A stretch of 64,000 nucleotides of DNA from an uncultured Pseudomonadota bacterium (GTDB lineage Bacteria; Pseudomonadota; Gammaproteobacteria; Natronospirales; REEB76). The DNA is taken from NCBI GenBank assembly GCA_963817285.1, contig CAWFOE010000008.1, forward strand, positions 12,990 to 76,989. Direction: 5' to 3'. A program made the translations under genes and the position numbers. The notes under the pieces are model-generated. The model was not told where the DNA came from. It saw nothing but the letters and a program-made list of their open reading frames with translations, and did no database searches. Numbering within the stretch: the first letter of the stretch is position 1; every line of letters begins with the position of its first letter. Below, piece by piece: positions 57,875 to 64,000 of this stretch.

Positions 57875-58958
57875 ATTTTGCATCGACTACATTGAACTTG
57901 ACGCGTTGCGTCACGCCGCAGAGCAGCTCCAGTGGGATGGTACCGGCTGCCCGGGCGATCTCCTCCACCGGCAATTCCGCTCCCCAGGCCACCACCCGAT
58001 CTCCCACCGCGGGCGAACGTATACCGCGCAGGTCCAGGGCGATCATATCCATGGCGACGCGGCCCACCAGAGGCACGCGTTGCCCTCGCACCAGCATGGG
58101 CGTGCCGCTGGGGGCGTGGCGTGGGTAGCCGTCACCGTAACCGATGGCGGCGATTCCCAGGGGCATGTCTTCGGAGGCCACGAAAGCGCCGCCGTAGCCC
58201 ACGCTCTCGCCTTTCTTGAGAGCCTTCACGGCGATGAGTGCTGTCTCCATGGTCATGACAGGTCTCAGGCCATCGTCCTTCCCTGACTTCATGGAGAAAG
58301 GCGAAGCGCCGTAGAGCATGGAGCCGGGGCGCACCCAGTCCGCGTGACTCTGAGGCCAGGCCAGGATGCCGGCAGAATTGGCGATGCTGCGCTCAGCCTT
58401 AAGACCCTCGGTGGATTTGGCGAAGGCCTCGAGTTGGGCCTGGGTCTTGGGGTCGGAGACCTCGTCGGCGGAGGCGAAGTGGGTCATGAGCCGCACCGGC
58501 TGCTTCACGGCCGCAGCCTTGTTGAGGCGCTTCCAGGCATCTTGCACCGCTGCGGGGGTGAACCCCAGTCGGTTCATGCCGGTGTCCACCTTGAGCCAGA
58601 CGCTGAGCTCATCCTTGAGGAGCGATCTCTCTATCAGTTCCAATTGGTAGGCATCGTGCACCACGATCTCACAGCTCCAGCGGGCCGCCTCCTCCAGCTC
58701 AGCGTCGCTGAATACACCTTCCAGCAGCACGATGGGGTTGGAGAGCCCGGCGCGGCGCACGGTCTGGGCTTCCTCGAGACTTGCCACCGCGAAAGCGTCC
58801 GCGCCAGCTAGTGCCTGGGCCGTCAATGCCAAGCCGTGGCCGTATGCGTTGGCTTTCACCACCGCCATGACGCGGGAACGGGGAGCGAGTTCACGGACAC
58901 GCTGCAGGTTGTGACGCAGCGCGGCGAGGTCTATGACCGCGCCGGTAGCACGGCTCAT
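57873..58958 (-). CDS. alr: Alanine racemase
   Basis: AVVKANAYGHG, KVDTGMNRLG, GYGDG, GRVAMD. Confidence 0.97.
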   Translation of the reverse strand: MSRATGAVIDLAALRHNLQRVRELAPRSRVMAVVKANAYGHGLALTAQALAGADAFAVASLEEAQTVRRAGLSNPIVLLEGVFSDAELEEAARWSCEIVVHDAYQLELIERSLLKDELSVWLKVDTGMNRLGFTPAAVQDAWKRLNKAAAVKQPVRLMTHFASADEVSDPKTQAQLEAFAKSTEGLKAERSIANSAGILAWPQSHADWVRPGSMLYGASPFSMKSGKDDGLRPVMTMETALIAVKALKKGESVGYGGAFVASEDMPLGIAAIGYGDGYPRHAPSGTPMLVRGQRVPLVGRVAMDMIALDLRGIRSPAVGDRVVAWGAELPVEEIARAAGTIPLELLCGVTQRVKFNVVDAK

Positions 58959-60346
58959 GGGTAAGCGCCGTCCTCGGACGTGTAATTCTCGAAGCGAGTG
59001 TAGGCACCCAGGAAGGTGGTACGCACCATGCCGATGGGGCCGTTACGCTGCTTGCCGATGATGATCTCGGCGGTGCCCTTGTCGGGGCTGTCCTTGTCGT
59101 ACACCTCGTCACGATAGATGAACACGATCACGTCAGCATCCTGCTCGATAGAACCGGATTCGCGCAGGTCAGACATGATGGGACGTTTATCGGGCCGCTG
59201 CTCCAAGCTGCGGTTGAGCTGGGACAGGGCGATGACCGGGATCTTGAGCTCTTTCGCCAGGGATTTCAGGCTGCGGCAGATCTCGGAGATCTCCGTGGCC
59301 CGGTTCTCGCGTGTGCCCGGCACCTGCATGAGCTGCAGGTAGTCCACCACCAGGAGACCCAGATTGTGGTCACGCTTGAGCCGGCGGGCCCGGGCTCTCA
59401 GCTCGGTGGGGGTGAGCGCGCCGGTGTCGTCGATGAACATGGGCGCCTTGGACATGATCGAGATGGCGGAGCTGACGCGCTTCCAATCGGTGTCGTCCAG
59501 CTTGCCGGTGCGCACCTTGAGCTGGTCGATGCGGCCCAGGGATGAGATCAGGCGCATGGCCAGCTGCTCGCCCGACATCTCCATGCTGAAGATGGCGGTG
59601 GGCAGGTTGCCACTGATGGCCGCGTACTCCGCCACGTTCATGGCGAAGGTGGTCTTGCCCATGGAGGGACGGCCGGCGACGATCACGAGGTCGCCGGGTT
59701 GCAAGCCAGCAGTCATCTCGTCGAAGCGTGTGAGGCCCGTGGCCACGCCAGTCACATGGCTGTCGGCATGCACCAGGGTGTCGAGCCGATCCACGGCCTT
59801 GGCCATGAGCTCGTTGATGCGCACGTAGTTCTTGCCGGCCCGATCACCACGTTCAGCGATCTCGAACACGGCGCGCTCAGCTTCGTCCACGAGCTCGGCT
59901 ACGGCACGCCCTTCGGGGCGGTAGGCAGATTCGGCCAGCTCGCCGCCCACGCGGATGAGCTGACGCAGCACCGAGCGCTCACGCACGATGTCGGCATAGG
60001 CGCGGACGTTGGCAGCAGTCGGGGTGTCACGGGCAAGGGTCGCGAGATAGGCGAGCCCCCCGCCCTGTTCCAGCTTGCCGCGAGCTTGCAACCATTCGGC
60101 CAGGGTCACCGCGTCGAAGGGCTGGTCCTGGTCCGAGAGCTCGCTCATGGCCCGGAACAGCAGGCGATGGTCCTGGCGGTAGAAATCTTCTTCGGTGATG
60201 CGGTCCGCCACCCGTTCCCAGGCAGAGTTGTCCAACATCAGTCCACCCAGCACCGCCTGCTCCGCCTCGATGGAGTGCGGGGGCGTGCGCATAGCTTCCA
60301 TGACGGAGGCGGTGGCCTGATCCAGGGTTTTGAAGGCGGTAGGCAA
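58955..60346 (-). CDS. dnaB: Replicative DNA helicase
   Basis: PPHSIEAEQ, GRPSMGKT, DYLQL, ALSQLNR, DLRESG, KQRNGP; likely TTG start at 60346 with GGAG upstream. Confidence 0.97.
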   Translation of the reverse strand: MPTAFKTLDQATASVMEAMRTPPHSIEAEQAVLGGLMLDNSAWERVADRITEEDFYRQDHRLLFRAMSELSDQDQPFDAVTLAEWLQARGKLEQGGGLAYLATLARDTPTAANVRAYADIVRERSVLRQLIRVGGELAESAYRPEGRAVAELVDEAERAVFEIAERGDRAGKNYVRINELMAKAVDRLDTLVHADSHVTGVATGLTRFDEMTAGLQPGDLVIVAGRPSMGKTTFAMNVAEYAAISGNLPTAIFSMEMSGEQLAMRLISSLGRIDQLKVRTGKLDDTDWKRVSSAISIMSKAPMFIDDTGALTPTELRARARRLKRDHNLGLLVVDYLQLMQVPGTRENRATEISEICRSLKSLAKELKIPVIALSQLNRSLEQRPDKRPIMSDLRESGSIEQDADVIVFIYRDEVYDKDSPDKGTAEIIIGKQRNGPIGMVRTTFLGAYTRFENYTSEDGAYP

Positions 60347-60546
60347 AGACTGATTCTCCCTGAAAGCAATGTAGAGCAAGGCCCGGGCGGCGGGCAAGAA
60401 AATTGTTTCGGAACGCGGACAGCAAGGGGCCTGTCGGTCCGTGGCCACAGGCCTGCGCGGCCCATGGGGAAAGCACGTTCTTTTCAGGTACTTGCGGCGG
60501 GCGCCCAATCGTACAAAAAATAGCCAGCCGCCCTGACCCTGAAATG

Positions 60547-60571
60547 AAAACGGAGGCTTTCGCCTCCGTTT
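60547..60571 (-). terminator. Terminator after rplI
   Basis: AAACGGAGGC-TTTC-GCCTCCGTTT. Confidence 0.75.
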
Positions 60572-60597
60572 CCCAGCTTAGCCCTGGGGGCCGAAGC

Positions 60598-61047
60598 TTA
60601 TTCCTCTGCCACCACGTTGACCGTGATGAACACGTTCACGTCGCTATGCAGGTGGACCTCCACCTTATGCTCGCCAGCCACGCGGATCGGACCCTGGGGC
60701 ATACGCACTTCCTTGCGCTCCAGCTTGATGCCGCTGGCGGTCACAGCCTCGGCGATGTCCACCGTGCCGACGGAGCCGAACAGCTTGCCTTCCTGGCCGG
60801 CTTTCGCGTTGATGGTGACTACCTTGCCTTCGAGCTCGGTCTTGCGCTGCTGCGCCCCCGAGAGTATCTCCGCGGCGTGCTTCTCGAGCTCGGCACGGGT
60901 CTTCTCGAACTCGACGATGTTGGCGGCGGTGGCAGGCTTGGCCTTGCCGTGGGGGATCAGGAAGTTGCGGCCATAACCGGCACGCACTTTGACCTTATCG
61001 CCCAGGTTGCCCAGGTTCTCGACCTTCTGCAGGAGAATGACTTCCAT
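60598..61047 (-). CDS. rplI: 50S ribosomal protein L9
   Basis: [16 protein letters not shown]. Confidence 0.98.
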   Translation of the reverse strand: MEVILLQKVENLGNLGDKVKVRAGYGRNFLIPHGKAKPATAANIVEFEKTRAELEKHAAEILSGAQQRKTELEGKVVTINAKAGQEGKLFGSVGTVDIAEAVTASGIKLERKEVRMPQGPIRVAGEHKVEVHLHSDVNVFITVNVVAEE

Positions 61048-61058
61048 GGTTTATCTCC

Positions 61059-61289
61059 TCAATGCTGGTCGGTGTAGGGGAGGAGCGCCAGGAAGCGCGC
61101 GCGCTTGACGGCGAGCGAGAGCTGACGCTGGTAGTTCGAGCGCGTGCCGGTGATGCGGCTCGGCACGATCTTGCCGGTCTCGGTGACGTAGCCCTTCAGG
61201 GTGGCGATGTCCTTGTAGTCGATCTCGACCACGCCTTCCGCCGTGAAGCGGCAGAACTTACGTTTACGGAAAAAACGCTGCTGTGCCAT
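61059..61289 (-). CDS. rpsR: 30S ribosomal protein S18
   Basis: [24 protein letters not shown]. Confidence 0.98.
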   Translation of the reverse strand: MAQQRFFRKRKFCRFTAEGVVEIDYKDIATLKGYVTETGKIVPSRITGTRSNYQRQLSLAVKRARFLALLPYTDQH

Positions 61290-61318
61290 GTGCTTATCCT
61301 CTCAGATCTTGTGGTGAC

Positions 61319-61723
61319 TCAACCGCGGTCTGCGCGGGAGTCGTCATCATCGCCGTCACGGTCGTCGCTATCGAACCGTTCCAGGCGGCCTTCCTTCTCC
61401 TCGTCCTTCGGCTTGACCAGCGCGGAGGGCTCGGTGACGGCCTCATCGCGACGCACCACGAGGTGGCGCAACACGGCGTCGTTGAAGCGGAACATGCCCA
61501 CGAGTTCAGTCAGGGTGGCCTGGCCGCACTCGATGTTGATGAGCACGTAATGGGCCTTGTGGACCTTGGCGATGGGATAGGCGAGCTGGCGGCGGCCCCA
61601 ATCCTCGAGACGGTGTACACGACCGCCTTCGGACTCGATCATCGAGCGATAACGCTCGACCATCGCGGGGACCTGTTCACTCTGGTCAGGGTGGACCAGA
61701 AACACGATCTCATAGTGTCTCAA
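61319..61723 (-). CDS. rpsF: 30S ribosomal protein S6 (TTG start)
   Basis: [29 protein letters not shown]. Confidence 0.98.
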   Translation of the reverse strand: MRHYEIVFLVHPDQSEQVPAMVERYRSMIESEGGRVHRLEDWGRRQLAYPIAKVHKAHYVLINIECGQATLTELVGMFRFNDAVLRHLVVRRDEAVTEPSALVKPKDEEKEGRLERFDSDDRDGDDDDSRADRG

Positions 61724-61728
61724 TCGAA

Positions 61729-61776
61729 ACTCCTTATGGACTGACCGGCTCCCCGAACTAAGCGGTGGAGCAAGGG
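61729..61776 (-). promoter_or_regulatory. Putative S6:S18-binding rpsF leader
   Basis: Minus strand CCTTGCTCC...GGAGC...TCCATAAGGAG: a stem sequestering the SD with a CCR internal-loop motif, as in gammaproteobacterial rpsF leaders. Confidence 0.65.
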
Positions 61777-61967
61777 CTTCCGGCGGGTCACGACGGAAGG
61801 GCGCGCATTATGCCGCATGGCTTGGCCGCTTGCAAATCATGGGCTTACGGCCGTTTGAGGGACTCTGGCCGGCAGGTGCCAGGGCCCGAAATCAGCTGGT
61901 AGCAACCCAACGACCGTGCTATCCCTATGGGCCTTATGCCACCCCTAAACCACCTCCGGAGCCCCCC

Positions 61968-62468
61968 ATGCACAGATGGCTGCTGTCCCTCCCCCTTCTG
62001 GCCTTGAGCCTGGGTGCCTTTGCCGCCCCTGCCTCCTGCACCGCACCCGAGTACCACCAGCTGGATTTCTGGCTGGGGGACTGGGACACCTTCAATCCGG
62101 ACGGCAGTGGCCCCTCCCAGGCCCGCAACCGGGTGACCTCCCTCCTGGGCGGCTGCGTGATCCTGGAAAACTATCAACAGAACAACGGCCATATGGGCGA
62201 GAGCTTCAACATCTACGACGCCACCCGCAAAGTCTGGCACCAGACCTGGGTTACGAACCGGGGAGAGCTCTGGGTGCTGGAAGGCACGTTCAAGGACGGG
62301 GTGCTGACCATGACGGCTACCACCCTCGACGGCGATGGCAAACCGGTGCGTCACCGGGCCACCTGGCAAGCCCAGGGTAAGGGTGTGCGAGAGATCGCCT
62401 GGTCCTCAAAAGACGACGGCAAGACCTGGGGCCAGGATTTCGACATCCTGTTCCTACCCCATCACTGA
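61968..62468 (+). CDS. Secreted hypothetical beta-rich protein (LDFWLGDW family)
   Basis: Signal peptide, C..PEYHQLDFWLGDW, GGCVILE, WHQTWV, SKDDGKTW. Confidence 0.75.
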   Translation: MHRWLLSLPLLALSLGAFAAPASCTAPEYHQLDFWLGDWDTFNPDGSGPSQARNRVTSLLGGCVILENYQQNNGHMGESFNIYDATRKVWHQTWVTNRGELWVLEGTFKDGVLTMTATTLDGDGKPVRHRATWQAQGKGVREIAWSSKDDGKTWGQDFDILFLPHH

Positions 62469-62524
62469 AAACTCTGCGAGCCTTCGGGTAGGCTATCGGA
62501 CCTCACGATCAGGAGTGTCCCGGC

Positions 62525-63502
62525 ATGTCCCGTCTCAAATCACCTTTGGCGGCCCTCGCGCTCACGATTGGCTTACAGACGGGCGCGCTTTGCGCTGATC
62601 AGCCGCCGCCCATCGCGACCTCTTTCGAGACGTTCTGGACTGCGGCTCAAGGCCAGCCCTTCGAGAAGCAGATGGCGCTCTGGGATTCGCTCATCGAGCA
62701 GCCGAGACAGCAGTTGTATGACTGGGTGGTCTGGGAGAAACGGGGCAACCCGGGCTGGCAGAAAGAGAAAACCGCTGCGCTGAAAGCGCGCTTCGGCGCC
62801 TACACACGCATCGGCAGCCAGATCCCGGCGGCCGCGCGTGCGCTGGAAGCGGATATCCCGGCCGAGGTGGCCAAGTTCCGCGGTCTGTTCCCGGATGCCT
62901 CGGCTAACCCGTCGGTGGCGGTGGTGTTGGCGCCAGACTTCGATTCCAAGAGCGGAGTCCTGACAGATGGAACGCCCATGCTGGCGCTGTCGATTGACAC
63001 CCTCATCCTCGAGAAAGCCGACCTCACTATCCTCTTACCCCACGAACTCTTCCATCTCTACGATGCGGTCCATGCGGGCATCACCAACGACGGAGTGATG
63101 CCCGGCGCCAAGCTCACCCTGCCCTTGTTCGAGGAAGGCTTCGCCACCTACGTGAGCTCTCTTGTTTCCCCGGGCCATACGGATGGCGAATACCTGCTGC
63201 AGAAGAGCTTAGGCGCGCTGCCGGACAGTCGGCTCCCTGAAGTGGCCGGACGCTTCCTGGGCGATGGGGATCAGCTGGCCATCAATACGGCGGACAATTC
63301 GGAAGCCAATTACCGCTGGTTCGCCGGTAACGATACGAACTATCAAGCTGATCTGCCAAATCGCAGCGGCTACTGGCTCGGACTGCATCTGATCCGGCAG
63401 ATGGCGAAGACCCACACGCTGCAGGAGATGGCGGCCTGGTCACCTACCAAGGCCCAAGAAGAGACGCGCGCGGCACTGATGACTATGGCCGCGGGCAAAT
63501 AG
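62525..63502 (+). CDS. Secreted putative Zn-metalloprotease (DUF2268-like)
   Basis: Signal peptide, HELFH, downstream EEGFA, RSGYWLG. Confidence 0.7.
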   Translation: MSRLKSPLAALALTIGLQTGALCADQPPPIATSFETFWTAAQGQPFEKQMALWDSLIEQPRQQLYDWVVWEKRGNPGWQKEKTAALKARFGAYTRIGSQIPAAARALEADIPAEVAKFRGLFPDASANPSVAVVLAPDFDSKSGVLTDGTPMLALSIDTLILEKADLTILLPHELFHLYDAVHAGITNDGVMPGAKLTLPLFEEGFATYVSSLVSPGHTDGEYLLQKSLGALPDSRLPEVAGRFLGDGDQLAINTADNSEANYRWFAGNDTNYQADLPNRSGYWLGLHLIRQMAKTHTLQEMAAWSPTKAQEETRAALMTMAAGK

Positions 63503-63600
63503 CGGCGCCTGAACCTAAGAAGTCCGAAACCAGCCAGCGTGATTGCGGGCGGGGTGGGTATCCTCGAGGCATTAGCACGACGCTACCTTAGGAGTCCGCC

Positions 63601-64000
63601 ATGCTTCGAGTCTCATGCCTGTTCATCTTGCTCGTGATCAGTGGCGCCACGACGGCGGCCGACATGCCGGCTTGCAGCGCTCCGGGGTACCGGCAACTGG
63701 ATTTCTGGCTGGGCGACTGGGACAGCTATGACGATGCCGGCAAGGGCCCGATCGATGCCCGGGATCGGGTGACTGCCATGCTAGGCGGCTGCGTGGTGCA
63801 TGAGGTCTACGACCAGAACGACGGTCTCAAAGGCGAGAGCTTTAGCATCTACGACCAGGGCCGCGGGGTCTGGCATCAGACCTGGATGAGCAGCGTCGGC
63901 GGATTGATCGTGGTGGAAGGTAGCTTCAAGGAGGGCGTGCTGACCCTGGAAGGCACCGCTATGGGTAAGGACGGCAAGCGGAACCTTATCAAGGTGATGC
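63601..64000 (+). CDS. Paralog of 61968-62468 (truncated by window edge)
   Basis: Manual translation MLRVSCLFILL..ACSAPGYRQLDFWLGDWD..GGCVVHE..GESFSIYD..WHQTW. Confidence 0.8.
   Translation, partial: MLRVSCLFILLVISGATTAADMPACSAPGYRQLDFWLGDWDSYDDAGKGPIDARDRVTAMLGGCVVHEVYDQNDGLKGESFSIYDQGRGVWHQTWMSSVGGLIVVEGSFKEGVLTLEGTAMGKDGKRNLIKVM

Noticed and set aside
58955-60508. Intein or N-terminal extension in DnaB
   Set aside because: Normal length from the TTG at 60346; the longer ORF start is an upstream in-frame artefact
61289-61319. Absence of priB between rpsF and rpsR
   Set aside because: Common in many non-enteric Gammaproteobacteria

Overview
A GC-rich, mostly core-genome region of a gammaproteobacterium. 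Gene order (ffh-rpsP-rimM-trmD-rplS, ypjD-yfjD, rpsF-rpsR-rplI-dnaB-alr..radA) and an E. coli-type SOS box support that assignment. Contents: dedA-kup, lexA with tandem SOS boxes, a CHASE-PAS-GGDEF-EAL protein, amino-acid catabolism genes (sdaA, putA, kbl-tdh), icd, a complete Burkholderia-style L-Ara4N (arn) operon with split arnA, DUF1800/DUF1501, a two-component pair, sppA, and translation/replication genes. Many single-base frameshifts, including in rimM and putA, point to an error-prone consensus rather than true pseudogenes. No transposase, integrase, prophage, CRISPR array, rRNA or tRNA was seen. Most notable: (i) a family of 100-150 bp structured intergenic repeats (3 clear copies plus 1 diverged) with compensatory base-pair changes, all in the same orientation between co-directional minus-strand genes, one fused to a relic tfoX paralog; (ii) a CHASE2 Ser/Thr kinase, PP2C and tandem-FHA module with no T6SS genes in the window, placed between alr and radA, with a class II-like cNMP phosphodiesterase nearby; (iii) an attenuator-like leader (short Leu-rich uORF plus terminator) upstream of kup.
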